A stretch of DNA of 64,000 bases from contig NC_092350.1 in the NCBI RefSeq assembly GCF_963676685.1, positions 72,106,001-72,170,000 on the forward strand, in the 5' to 3' direction. Under the pieces are notes generated by a model, which worked only from the letters and a program-made list of their open reading frames with translations, was not told the origin of the DNA and did no database searches. The stretch is from Mytilus edulis (lineage: Eukaryota). This document shows positions 1 through 12,536 of the stretch, piece after piece (the stretch's first letter is position 1; every line of letters starts with the position of its first letter). A program made the translations under genes and the position numbers.

Positions 1-2246
1 ATAACGTTCGTTTTCAAATTTGATACAGTCTTGTTAATAAGTCTTTACAAAACTCTCCTCGTCGTCCTGTTGTGGTAAACGTATTCCTCACGATTCTAGA
101 TTCCAGAATTTCTCGATCTCGCTTTCCTCTGCATGGTGTGAAGTAACATTCAAAAGAACTGATGAAGAAAAGGATTTCTTTCCGTTTATTATTACGGGTC
201 CAGATAACAAGTAACCAGTTTTTGATGCTACGGCTGTAGGTTCATTCCCTCTAATCACGTGATCTTGAACTATATCCAAATGATAATCGGCTCTTATCAA
301 GAGTGAAATTTCAAAACTATCAGCGTTATTTGCAGGATGTGCGAGCTTTAAATCTTTCAAGTATGTCAAATTGCGTGTAAGGTGTTTCGTCTGATTTTGA
401 AGTGGAACTGCAATATCTGGTACAATCAATGCATTAATGTTTACAATCTCACCTTTGTAAGTTTGTAGTTGAACGGTTGCTATATCCATATGGCATATAT
501 TCTTTTCCTTGTCTCCAAAAGCTGACAGTTCAATTGTGTCCTTTCGCTTGGTTTATCTGTGATTTTTCGGCTATGAGTGATGAATGAACGTTGGGCACCT
601 TCGTCAAATAAAATTGTCAGATAGTAGTTCACTTTTGGGAAGTCCATTTCTTGATGTTCTCTCGAGCTCGGACAGAAAATGAATGAAAGTTGGGCACCTT
701 CGTCAAATAAAATACTAGCTTCTGTGATCTGTTTCCAGTATGATGTTGGTGCGATAGCTGTTTTCAATAAAACGCTTGTGTGTTGTGAGGTATACATTAC
801 TGCGGTGTCTGCTTCTTCTGTTTTACCAAGCTTACAACGGTCGATTTCTCCTTGTTGTCCTGTCCTTTTCCATCTGTAGCATGTTCCCCGCAAATACTGG
901 TGTTGCATTTCTTACATCGGTTACGCGATTTACACTCGGAAACACCGTGCTTTCCTAGACAGTTGAATTATTTTTTCTTTTGCTTTACGATGTTTATTCT
1001 TTCATTCACGTCAGAAATTATCGTGCAATCTCCCGGAAAATGTACACCAGTGCATTAGATGCATGGACGTTTTTTGTCATTGAAACGTGTCTCATTAAGG
1101 CGTGAGTTGTTTGTATTTAAAATTTCGCTGTGTTTTATTACGAGCTTCGGTCAGAAATGTTGCGGTAATATGCAAACCGTCGCGGTCGGTAAATTGTCCC
1201 GCTTCCAGAATTCTCGCTTCTGTTGTGGTGGCTTGTCTGAGGTTGTTTAGAGTTATATGATTGCTATCATATTCATGGGCAATATTTGTTCTCATTTCTA
1301 CTGGTAGTTTACTCATAATTATAGGTACTAGTAGCGCGCCATACATTTCTTGTGTTTGACCCAAACATTCAAGAACTCTTACGTACGTTTTTAGGTAGTC
1401 TCCATACGTTCTTAGACTGTTTAAATCATGTGACGGTGAAGGAAGATCCATTAAAGCTTTCATGTAGGCATCAATAATCTTGTGAGGCGATCCAAAACGC
1501 TCTTTGAGCAAATTAACGGCAGTGGTGTAATTGGCATTTGTCAGTGCGAAACCTTCAACAGTTTGGGCAGCATTGCCATGGAGTTGGGCCTTCAAGTAAC
1601 TAAATTTCTGTATCTCGGTCAAAGTACTGTTGAAATGAATAGTTGATTCATAGAAATCCCAAAAGGTCTGCCATTGTAAAATTTCCCCATCAAAGTGCGA
1701 TAAATCTAGTTTTGGTAATCTTTGGTTTTGACTGCTATTTAAATACCGAAGAAAAGCCTTGGTTGTGCAAATTATTTGTAGACTGAAAGTCACGATGGGC
1801 ATTTTGCATAGAGCGAAAATTATCAAAATGGGATGGCTGTACATTAATTTCAGTTGCATTGCTGCGTATACAATTGGCATTGGTAAGCGATGAATCTGTG
1901 GGGTAAGATGGCGTAAAACTGCTTGCATTTGGATCTAGTGACGTTGATGTGACATTTTCAGAAAGTGAATCAGAATTTGATATTTTTCTAATTTTCCGAA
2001 GTTTGGACTCTAAATTAAACATATACTTATCAGACTCTCGAATTTCCTCTGCTACATTAAATCCAGTATCTTTTTATTCAAATCCACAATAGTCGTCTGT
2101 TTCTCTTCAATTGCATCCGAAATTAATTTCACATTTTATCTAAGTCCGAATTCTTTTTAATCTCATCAAATTTCTTAAATAACTTTGTAACTTGCCTTCT
2201 GTGTCCTCTACGTACTGCTTTTTACTTTGATTCCATTGTTTCCGAC

Positions 2247-2259
2247 AGTCACGGCACAA
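2247..2259 (-). promoter_or_regulatory. Primer-binding site (tRNA-His type), one mismatch
   Basis: Plus strand AGTCACGGCACAA vs the tRNA-His 3' end AGTCACGGCACCA. Confidence 0.75.
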
Positions 2260-2263
2260 TAAA

Positions 2264-2464
2264 TGTTGTGTAAAGTACATAAATGCGTTGTGTATAGTCG
2301 GTGTTTATTCTAACGTCTTGTCATTGCTATCAGTAACGTCATACTTACATAAGTCAGGAAGCAACGTTAACATGTATATATTCGCAGGATATCACTAATA
2401 GAAGCATAGAAGTGAATTCATTATATAGAAAGCCTACGAAAAACATATTCGTTTATGTTCAACA
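2264..2464 (-). repeat. 5' LTR of BEL/Pao copy A (~200 bp)
   Basis: TGTTG...CAACA inverted termini; minus-strand CTATATAA (2421-2428) and AATAAA (~2305); ends 4 nt from the PBS. The outer boundary is inferred from the termini only. Confidence 0.65.
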
Positions 2465-3269
2465 ACTCTTATAATCTGAATCAGAAAACGTTAAAAGTCG
2501 ACCACGTACTTAACATCAAAATGTACCGAAAACACTTCCTTGTAGATTAAAAACTCATAAAAGACGAGTTAAATTATCTTCCCAGAATTAAATTCATTTG
2601 TATTGAAAAGAGGTAGAAATGAATCAAGAATAATACACCGTTATATAAGCAGTAGAAGCTACACTAGGTGCATGAGGGAAGAAACATACTCATATGGTTA
2701 ATGGCATGTTGCATTAACTGATATACCTTGTACTGTCCAGCCTTTTTGGATGTGCCACATTCATCAAAAGCATATACGGGACTAATCTAATAAAGCAAAT
2801 AAAAAGGCAAGTACATTTAGAAACTGTAAATTAACGCTCAAAATATACACTACAGAATTGAAAAATAGTGCAATTTTTCGTTTAAAAAAACTAGATATCA
2901 GAATCTATCTCGATGTGTTACAAAAAGTTATTGAAAGGACAATATGAAAAGATATATGTATATCTTTTTTTCTAATTGATCATCATTATAAATATAGAGT
3001 AAAATTTGCAAATATAGGATTCCAAATGTTTTGCTTAGTAAACCTGTTTTCTAGTCACAATAATATCTATATTGACCGATTGATATGATTGAAATTAAGG
3101 TCGATTAAAGATAAGTTTAAGTTTTGCCACTCTTCTAAAATATGGTTGGTGTTTAACGCACTTTCAGTATTATTGACTCCATCATGGCAAACAGTTTTTG
3201 AAGAAGCCAAATTCTTCATTTTTTTCCGAAACCATGAACTGTGGTCCAATTTGTATCAATTACTAATTT

Positions 3270-3504
3270 ACATGAATTATCATTGATATGGTCATATTTA
3301 TAAATTAACTGTTTACAACATATTTTGAATTTTTGAAATACTATAGCTTTTCTACCTCAGGAATGGATTACCTTAGCTGTATTTGGCAAAAATTTTAGGA
3401 ATTTTGATCATCAATCGCTTCATCTTTGTACTTTATTTGGCCTTTTTAACGTTTTTGGATTCTAGCGTCACTGATGAGTCTTTTGTAGACGAAACGCACG
3501 TCTG
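3270..3504 (+). mobile_element. Hammerhead-bearing interspersed repeat (Penelope pLTR/retrozyme-like), 3'-truncated
   Basis: Shares TTTCTACCTCAGG..TACCTTAGCTGTATTTGGC..CTGATGAGTC with 17486-17680 and 26829-27031. Confidence 0.75.
3466..3504 (+). ncRNA. Minimal type I hammerhead ribozyme, core intact, stem I truncated
   Basis: CGTCA-CTGATGA-GTCT(TTTGT)AGAC-GAAA-C(GCAC)G-TC/TG; only 2 nt of the 3' arm of stem I remain. Confidence 0.8.
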
Positions 3505-3613
3505 TCCCATAACCGAATGTCGGTGACTATACTAGGGATTGTTTTCGCGGTCTTAGATCTTAAGATACCAGTCTAGTCGTTAAATATGTAACTTGACCCT
3601 ATATAATTAAGCT

Positions 3614-4056
3614 GCTCCGAGTACACAGTTATTTCGTGGTGCATTTCTTTTAGACAAGAAATGAAAATTTAAAAAAAATCCCACCTGCGCTTTCTCAATA
3701 ATATTTTTTCAGTGTGTTGTACTACTTTTGGGACAAATTATATCAAAATATAGAAAACTTCATCAGCTCTAACTCAAAATATGGACAATTTTATGTTAAG
3801 GGGGTCTTGAAACCTTTTTACAGCTTTCTAAGTGCTAATTTTTTACCTTTTTCAACTGGACCTAATCACTAAAAAAAAATTTGTTACAGTGCCATTTCAC
3901 CCCTACTTGCTCTATGAGGCATAAAACATGGAGAAATAAATTAGGAAGGGGTATAAAAAAAAATTGGCAAGTAACACACTGTCCACACAAGGGACTATAT
4001 TCGTGGACAACGAAAGGACAACGAAAATCAAAGGACAATAACTGTGTACTCGGACC
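3614..4056. mobile_element. MITE, TIR G(G/C)TCCGAGTACACAGTTAT, 4-bp TSD AGCT
   Basis: TIRs at both ends; AGCT at 3610-3613 and 4057-4060; empty site in the paralogous flank near 40449. Confidence 0.9.
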
Positions 4057-4482
4057 AGCTGAACTTGATTTAGGTTTTACCAAAAAATTGAAAGACAACA
4101 GTAGTATACTGCTGTTCAAAAATCATCAACTGATTAATCGAAGACAAATTCGGAAGATATTTGAAAAAAGTATACGATGACTGTACGAATGCTTAGTTAT
4201 GGTAATCATTTTATAAGAATGTGCTCTTTTTTTCCTAAGTTTCGACGAAGAGGACGGTGTGTATTTTTATTTTATGTTTATCTGTCTGCTTTTATTCATG
4301 ATTATAACGGTGTCACGTGCCAATCGACAGTTTTCGTTTGTTAAGTCGATAGTTTTCTTTTGAAATTATCTAGTCAACCATACACACAGAATCTTGGTGT
4401 TTTATAATGTTATAATGATTCCAGACATACAAAATAAAATCAGAGTTCGAAAAAAAATATCTTTACATAAATTTTGCAGCTA

Positions 4483-4803
4483 CAGCCCTTGGATGGTGTA
4501 AACTTCACCATACACGTTACACCATTACACCATATGCCATACAAAGTTCTTTTTATTTTATTTTTTCGAATTATAAACTTAAACAATAATAATAATCTTA
4601 ATATTTGAAATTTAATTGCTTTATGGGTAATTTCGGATCGTGTAGATATAATGGGGAATGGTGCATGGTGTAATGAGTAAGGTGTATGGTGCAAAGGTGT
4701 AACGTGTATGGTGTAATGGTACAAGGTGTATGGTGTAATGGTGTATGGTGTATGGTGTAATGGTGTATGGTGTTAGTGGGAAGTTTACACCATACAAGGA
4801 CTG
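4483..4803. mobile_element. Tc1/mariner-type MITE with TA TSD and internal (TGGTGTA)n array
   Basis: TIR CAG(C/T)CCTTG(G/T)ATGGTGTAAACTTC; TA on both sides; empty site GCAGCTAATG at ~40892. Confidence 0.9.
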
Positions 4804-4949
4804 TAATGTCCCTTTTCAGGAAAAATTAAACTTAATTACTTCAAGGTGTTTAATTTGATTATGTCATAGATTTTTATAGCTGATTATGATATAAAGATAT
4901 TAGACACCAGCTGGAATCGTTAATCTTTTTCAAAATATTCCTATGCCAA

Positions 4950-5660
4950 CGAACAGAAAATGGAAAATGGTTCCCCTTATTGAATATTTTAAGGAAAATG
5001 CGTTATGACAGTATACTTCATCGGGATTTTTTTTTATCTTAGTTCCTCTATCCAGTTTATGATATGGATGTTTTGTAACCTACTTTGCTTTTATTTATGT
5101 GATTGAAAAAGGCGATGAAAAACTTTAGATTTCATTTATTCAAAATTTGCTGTAACCCTCTTTCAAATATACCCCAATATCAATAATCATTTCTCATAGT
5201 CGAATAACTTTACAACAAAGCAGTTGATTTAACAAATTGCCAATACTGTCAAGTAATATTAGAGCAACACCTGCATATGGAGTGTTAGTATATGTCTCAG
5301 TTGATCCGATATAACTTGCGTTTCTTATCGTTATTCCTTGAAATAGGGTTACGTATACAAAAACTATGGCATAAAGGGTTCAAAAAGTTTTAGTTGCAGT
5401 CATCCTTTTAAAAGTATTATGGACGCCATCATGATATGCTAGAACTTTAAAGAATATCTGTGTCACCGTTTGAAATTTTGAAACGGATATGTACACATGT
5501 CGTAACAATCCCGTTCTCCATTGTTTGATTGGAACATTACCAAAAGCAACTATAACCGGATAGTTCATGTTTAAGCAGCATGTGGAGAAGAAACTACCTT
5601 ACGCGAGCACCTGAGTTCAACCCAGGTTTTTGTTTGGATTTATTGTTTGTCAGTCTTTTG
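4950..5660 (+). mobile_element. Old degenerate Penelope-like RT 3' fragment
   Basis: CTTTACAACAAAGCAG..GCAACACCTGCATATGGAG..GAGCACCTGAG aligns by eye with 51286-51780. Paralogs at ~41050-41830 and ~61150-61790. Boundaries approximate. Confidence 0.65.
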
Positions 5661-5957
5661 TATTAAGACTATTTTTGAAGATATTTGATATAATTCTTGT
5701 TGACACTGGAATCAACATTTGGTTGGCCTCATTCCAACAGATGTGTGTTTGTGAAATGACAACGAAAAATCACTTACAAAAAATCACATACATACTCCTT
5801 TGATTTTTTACAGAAAAGAACTGCAGACACAAATAATAAAGTCTTTAATCTCTGAAGAATAGCAGATTTTTTTTTAAAACGGATTGGAACGTTTTTCCTA
5901 TTTACAAGAAATATAAATAATTAAAAGTCATTTAACAAAACAAGGTAAGGGCTTAGT

Positions 5958-7652
5958 TTATGAATAGTTGACGCTGTACAGAAATGCGCGACCATCTTTG
6001 TCGTTAGAAACAAGCAAATATTTTAATTTGTTGTTGAAGGAAACTGCCCAAGGTGAACCACATAAGTCTGTTTTCGACAGGAGAATTTTGTGCATTGTGC
6101 CATCAGAGGATATTGCAATAACGTTGTTTGATTCGACCCCGGCGACTATAACATTTCCAAGGTCATCTACTGTGATGCCTCGCGGTTTTTGTAGAATCTC
6201 TTCGTCTGTAAATGTCCACAGTACTTCCCCGTTTCTTTTATGACACACAATCGTATTTGTATCTTTCTTTACAGAATAAAGAGTGTTGTTTAATTCGGTA
6301 ATACTTCTTGACACCACCGTACTGCTAATACCACTTGTCTTGTTATCCTCTAACCGGACTTCTTTCATTTGTCCGTTCTCGAGGCAAACTATAAAGGTGC
6401 CTTCAGTGTAATTTAAGCAGACAGCAGGGTCAGACGTACTGATAGTCTTGATTGTTTTCCCAGATTTCAAGCTAATTAGTTCAATATTTTTCTGTGTATA
6501 TGATATTACGGCAACAGTGTCATTATCAACACATGTAACATCAATGATTGTTTGCATGATGCTGATAATTTTATTCTCTGTTTTTCCATCAGTTGCGATC
6601 AATACCAAATACGAAGGGTCATAATTTGACACTACCAAGTTTCCATTTGGCAAAATACAACAGCCTGACACATTGAAGGCATTAGTGCTCATTTTTGCTT
6701 TTAATTTCAGTGTCATATGCTCTAAAGAACTTTTAGATTTTGCATTCACTTTTATCATTTGAGCCTGACCAAGCATTCGTCTTTTTAATGCTAATTTACT
6801 AGGCATGGCATGCACGACAACTTTTCCAAACTGAGTTCTTTCGTTGATTATATCATGTAATAAAGTGTCCAAGTGGAAAGAAACTACGGTTTGAGACAAA
6901 TGGTTACCGTCGATCCAAGACTGCAAGTCGTTACTTGTTTTATTTAGTTTGGTTTCTAAATTTGTCATCCCTAAAAATGTTTGCTTATCTGTTGCATTTT
7001 TCTTGATGCTTTCTACATCTTCTATCCATTCTTCGATATCCCTTTGCTTTTTAGTCAAGTCCATAATGAAACTCTGTATTTGTTTAGTTGAATTTTCCAC
7101 AGCTTTGGTCAGTTCAGCAACAAAATGGTCTTGTAAATTATCAAGATGGTGATTTAACTGCTGTCGAGTCACAGAAATCTCGGATTCGATTCTCTCTATT
7201 GAAGCTGATATTGAATACGTATTCATTCGTCTGTCTTCCAGAATAAGAGCAACGTTATCCTTCATTTCCTGAAGTGAGGACATGATTTCTGTAAAAGCTA
7301 CAGATGTTTTAACATTTTTAACGACATCTTCAAGGGGGGATATTTCTTTGCAGTTTCTGTGCTTGTCTGAAATGACACATTTTCTACAAGCACATTCGTT
7401 ATGCTCTTTACAAAACAATAAATATTTCTCCTCATGTTCATTGCAGTGCAGTTTTATGTTTTCAATAAAAGCTGGCAACGTTTCATATTTACCAATAGGA
7501 AAAATAGTGTGGTTTCGTTAGGCCTTAGATAAGCTATGATGTTCTCTGCATTCTTGGCACAATCCTTCGTTACACTCAGAGCACCAAACAACAGACAACT
7601 TTTGAATAAGTCGCAAATCACAAATACAACAATTTTCAAACGAGGTAGCCAT
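5958..7652 (-). pseudogene. TRIM-like copy 1 (2 B-box, coiled coil, NHL propeller) with one nonsense codon
   Basis: TTTCAG|GCC ATG at 7652; TCA>TAA at 7520-7518 (SKA*RNH); the same frame continues into ORF 5958-7478. Confidence 0.9.
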
Positions 7653-10600
7653 GGCCTGAAAACAAATAAACACTTTTAAAAAAATATATAAACAAGCACA
7701 TATGGTTTTATTTAGATTTATCTTTATAAAAAAAAATATCGATTTATGATGGGTAGTGCAGATCCCTATACTTTTGCATCTTTTTTTCTTTATGCAGAAG
7801 AGTGCAAATTTTGACACCGCAATGGAATTTGCACATTTATATTTAACTTAACTTCTGTACCTCAGTTGTAAGCTGCGTTTATACGGAACCATTCAATATG
7901 TTTATTTGAAAATACTGCTCGACAAGTATTTTGTTCACCAATCAAATATATATTCAACATTAAAAAGTAAAATCACAAAAATACTGAACTTAAAGGAAGA
8001 TCAATTGGGAAAGTCCATAATCACATGGCAAAATCAAATAACAAAACGCATCAAATTCAAATTATTTTTTTTTATAGTTGATTAATACAAATGTATCTTA
8101 TATAATTCATTTCAAATTTTAAACAATTATATTAAGATAATGTATAAAGGCAACAGTAGTATACCGCTGTTCAAACTCATAAATCCATGGACAAAAAACA
8201 AAATCGGGGTAACAAACTAAAACTGAGGGAAACGCATAAATATAAGAGGAGAACAACGACACAACACTACAATGTAATAATTTTTCTATGAAAAGAAACA
8301 AACGCAGATTTTACCTGGCTGCAGGACTTTCTTTGAATTTGCTTGTTCAAATATTTTGCTTCATATTAATCCATGAGAAATATTTGTTTTCAACTGGTTA
8401 CTGATGTCACATAGTGGAGTCAATCAACATGATCAAGTAGAAAAGGCTGAGAGAAAAATAAAATGTCTACTTGAGAGTGTTTTTGTGTCCAGAATGTCAT
8501 GCTAATTAATGAACTCGAAGTCTTCCATTTTGATATTGATAGAAACGTGTTATTTTGGGCTCATTTCATAGTTTTGTAATAAAAAAGTCAAAGTAGGAAG
8601 TTTTTATACTAATGTTATGAATATAGCAAAATCCTTTATTACAATATAATTATATATGAAACAATGCAAGCATGATTGTATAGGGAAATGTACTAAATTT
8701 AATGACCTGAATTTAGTATTTTGAGGCAATAACTATTCATAAAACTCGTGATGGGATTTTCATAAAATCTAGACCCAAACAGGAAACCGGAAATTTTGCT
8801 TATGTAACTGTTATTAAAATATATTAAACATGACAAGGTAACCAATCATATTTCATGACAATAAATTATTATTTTGAGTAGAAAACTTAAGATATTGATT
8901 ATTAATATCAAACGCATCACGAATTATGCGTGTCAATATTTTCCAAAGTATATACTAAATAAGTTGATATATTTCAAATCTCTCAGTGTATGTATATAAC
9001 ATATTGAGATGTGTTATGATTATCAACTATTCATCAGCTTTCAAAACGTGGATGTAAGCAGCAATAGATCGTATGTGAGTCTTAAACTATAAAAAAGAAA
9101 GCCCTATAAAAGGTCATGTCATTACAAAACGTGAAACAATTCTAATCAGAAAAAACATACGACCTTATATGATAAAACAATACATGAAAAACAAGTATGA
9201 CAGACAGCCTTTAACGATAGTTACAAAGCTACAGGTCCGTTACTTGGGACATACACATATAGAAAGTGTCGGGGCTAAACATGTTTGTTTGTGCTCAACC
9301 CACCACTAACCAGGGACACTGATATAATATCACAACATAAGAAGAAACTGACAGTTATATTCCTTTGGCAACATCTTATAGAGTATATAATTTTTCACAA
9401 TTCGTTCGTTATGCTTGTGTCTTTAGTGACGTCTTGATTTTAAATGAATGTTATCAATGTTAGAGATTTCGTTACGTCAAATTACTTTGAACCTTTACTA
9501 AATTCTACCATATCAAGATTTAGGTTGGAAGTTTGGATGTGGAAAACTTTCGAACGAGATAGGACATCCACATTTTTACGGATATGTTCGGTTACGGTAC
9601 GAGTAAGCAAAATTATTCTAAGAGTTACACAAACAACATGAATTTCCAGAAAATTTAGTGATTTTTAAAAATACTTTGAAAGATTTAAAAAACAAAGTCC
9701 TATTCATAAACAGTTGTGTATCTTAAAAGAGAATTTGCTTTTTGATTTGTTCATATATATTTACGATATGATTAATCCCTTTGTGCCATAGCGACGGAAC
9801 AGTAATTTGTACTTTCAGGATTTTTTATTTATCATTTTCTTGGTGCTTGATTTTTGGTCGGCTGATTGAAAAAATCATTATGCAAAGTACGAATAAAATA
9901 AAAATAAATATACATATTTGAACCTACCTTAAATATGGAATGTATGTGAGTCGACTGATCTGAAGTAAATGAAATAATTTTATCCGTTAAGCATGCGCAT
10001 CGCCTCTTAATGCATACTGAAAATCAGTCTTAATATCAATTATGGAATGTAATTTGCAGTATGAGTATACCTCATAATAAATTTTATTTTTCAACTTATT
10101 TGATAATATCTGTGCTATATTCTAAATTGAACAACATCTTCTGTCTTCTTTCTACTTGCTTTATGTATCATTTTAAATTGTTGTTTATTTTGTGTTTTTT
10201 GTTTGTTTGTTTATTACGTGTTTATTGTCTAGATAGAATAAACCATTGTTCTGCAAATGTTTAAATTTACATTGTGTATATGTGCTTTATGTCTCGTGGG
10301 GAGGTAATTTGGTGAATATAATGCTGCGTTCTATCTTATTGTATGACATTAACATTTTAAGCATCTTTGATCAAACAAATAATTTATGGAATCGTTTGGT
10401 ATTTTTTGTCCAGTAGATCAAGCTCAGGAAAATTTCTTTTTTTTATAATCATTTTGTGTTCATTCAACAATAAGTTGTTATGATCATGTCAGAAATTCAT
10501 TTTAGTATAAAAAAGTATAATGATATAAATGTTTTATTCTATCACAGCCCTCTTGCACATATTGCACATATGTGTGTTCGTCTTTTCAAATATAAAGATG

Positions 10601-11071
10601 TGGCATGACTGTACGGTGTACAAATTTGTAACAAGAAGGATGTACCATAACGTCCATTTTCCGATCACACACCGGTAATTGTAGTCATTTAGGGGCAATA
10701 ACTCTTTTTGGAAAGAGATTGACAATTTAGTTTTAGTAGACTTGTTTGTAGATTTTGTCCTTCTAATAATGTTTTGCTATTAAAAAATTCGGTTGTACTC
10801 ATAGATAAAAGGCAGATTGACAAAATTTGTAAAATCATTATTTAAGAGCAATAACTACTATAGGGTCTCGACTGAAGTTTGCGTCAGTTTTACCTATAAG
10901 CAGAACTCCTCTTTTATAATTTTCGTTCTGTAGATTATCTTCTTTGTATACATCTATTCACTTTGATATATAAAGCCATTTGCCTTTTTGTCATAAGATT
11001 ATAGTGGTGATGGCATATCCGCGTCGTTTATTTCTTTCAAGGGCCAGAACATTGCTTTTTAGTACACATTT

Positions 11072-11523
11072 GGTCCGAGACCACCATTGTCGTCCCTTGA
11101 TTTTCGTTGTTCACGAATATAGTCCCTAGTGTTGACAGTGGGTTACTTGTCTATAATTTTTATACCCCTTCCAAACTTATTTCTTCATGTTTAATGCCTC
11201 AAATTGCAAGTAGGGGAGTGAAATTACACTGTAAAAAAATTGGGGTCCAGAATTTTAAAGGGAAGTAGTGATTTGGTCCAGCTGAAAAGGGTTAAAAATT
11301 AGCACTTCGGAAGATGTCAAAAGATTTCAAGACGCCCCTCAACATAAAATTGTCCATATTTTGAGTTAGAGCTGATGAAGTTTTCTATAATTTTGATATA
11401 ATTTGTCCCACAAGTAGTACAACACACTGTAAAAATTTCTTTGAGAAAGCGCAGGTGGGATTTTTTTTATTTTCATTTATGTTCTAAAAGAAATGCACTA
11501 CGAAATAATTGTGGTCTCGGACC
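11072..11523. mobile_element. MITE of the same family as 3614-4056, opposite orientation, TSD ATTT
   Basis: GGTCCGAGACCAC...GTGGTCTCGGACC; ATTT at 11068-11071 and 11524-11527; interior homologous to 3614-4056. Confidence 0.9.
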
Positions 11524-12536
11524 ATTTACCCACTTGGCATTATGTGTTAAGCATTTAATAATAAGGCAATGTCGACATGAAGTTGTAGCATAATGGCCAT
11601 TGAGAACCAACAACGTCTCGAAACAGGAGTATTTTGTTCTCTGTGCCATCAGAGGATGTTCTAGGAACGTTTTCGTTTCAAGCAACAACAAAAAATCTAT
11701 GTTAACACACGGCTATTTGTCTTTTGGAACAGGATATGCCTACAACATAAGATAAGCCTCTATTGAAATCAGTATTTATATTGCTAAATACTTATTCTTA
11801 ATACTGAGCATCTGTCAAAAGTAAGAGATGTTTTCCCTGATAGACAGAAATAATTGGACATAAAAGCTAGTCAACGTATTATTTGTTGTCTTTGAACTCT
11901 ATGGCTTAATTTTTTTTCGATAATTTACGTATTAAGTTGAGCAAGGGTAGAAAAATAAGCCATATTTAATGGGGAATAAAATTTGAATATTCAAGATATT
12001 AAATACACACAACCGATAGCTATCAACATGTCAAACAATATATTATTGCGGTCTACGTTTAATTCCAGCCAACGATAACCATTCGATTAAAATGGCCAAT
12101 AACCATAAACAAAAAAGCGTAATTGGAAAATGAAAAAGATTAGATATTTTTAACCAAAACTATCTATTGGCAAAACATGAAAAAAAAACAACAAACAATT
12201 GTTTCGACAAATTAACAAAAAAAAAAAAAAATAAAAAAAAACATGAGCGCTAGCAATACTTATATCATAAATTCTTACAGATTCAAAGAGACTTTATTAT
12301 ATTCACTAATAATAATCTTGACTTTAAAAAAGATAACCAGCGCGTATCAACGACACTTTTATGTAAGTCTTCGTCATGAGTATACGCAAATAAATGTTAT
12401 TCAGTTCTATGTTATGCAATGTATCTACTTTTCATTTTAAAATCTATATATGTTATATTATTTTCTTTGCTAAACATAGTATGATATAACGTTTAACGTT
12501 GCTTTTTTGAAATAACACAATAGCAGCAAATATAGT

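Larger units (their letters stand above)
1..2464 (-). mobile_element. BEL/Pao LTR retrotransposon copy A (5' LTR, PBS, decayed gag-protease; runs off window start)
   Basis: Gag start ATG at 2236-2234 (MES.. then AVRRGHRRQVTK); BEL-type gag motifs LPKLDL..FDG..WQTFW..Y and QKFSYLK; protease ILFDEGAQRSFI; frameshifted; paralogous to 56085-58868. Confidence 0.93.
1..7522 (+). repeat. Segmental duplication, copy 1 (paralog of 56085-64000)
   Basis: Position 1 ATAACGTTCGTTTTC matches 56085; colinear through the BEL element, flank, two MITEs and the TRIM gene up to 7522, which matches 64000. Confidence 0.97.

Noticed and set aside
4640-4775. (TGGTGTA)n tract as a telomere-like repeat, and the His/Pro-rich ORF 4440-4724
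   Set aside because: Internal to a TA-flanked MITE that is absent from the paralogous flank.
9921-9975. TTAAG|GTAGGT as exon 1 donor of TRIM copy 1
   Set aside because: The distance is plausible, but the E-box, CRE and GATA motifs are not recognisable, so it was not called.
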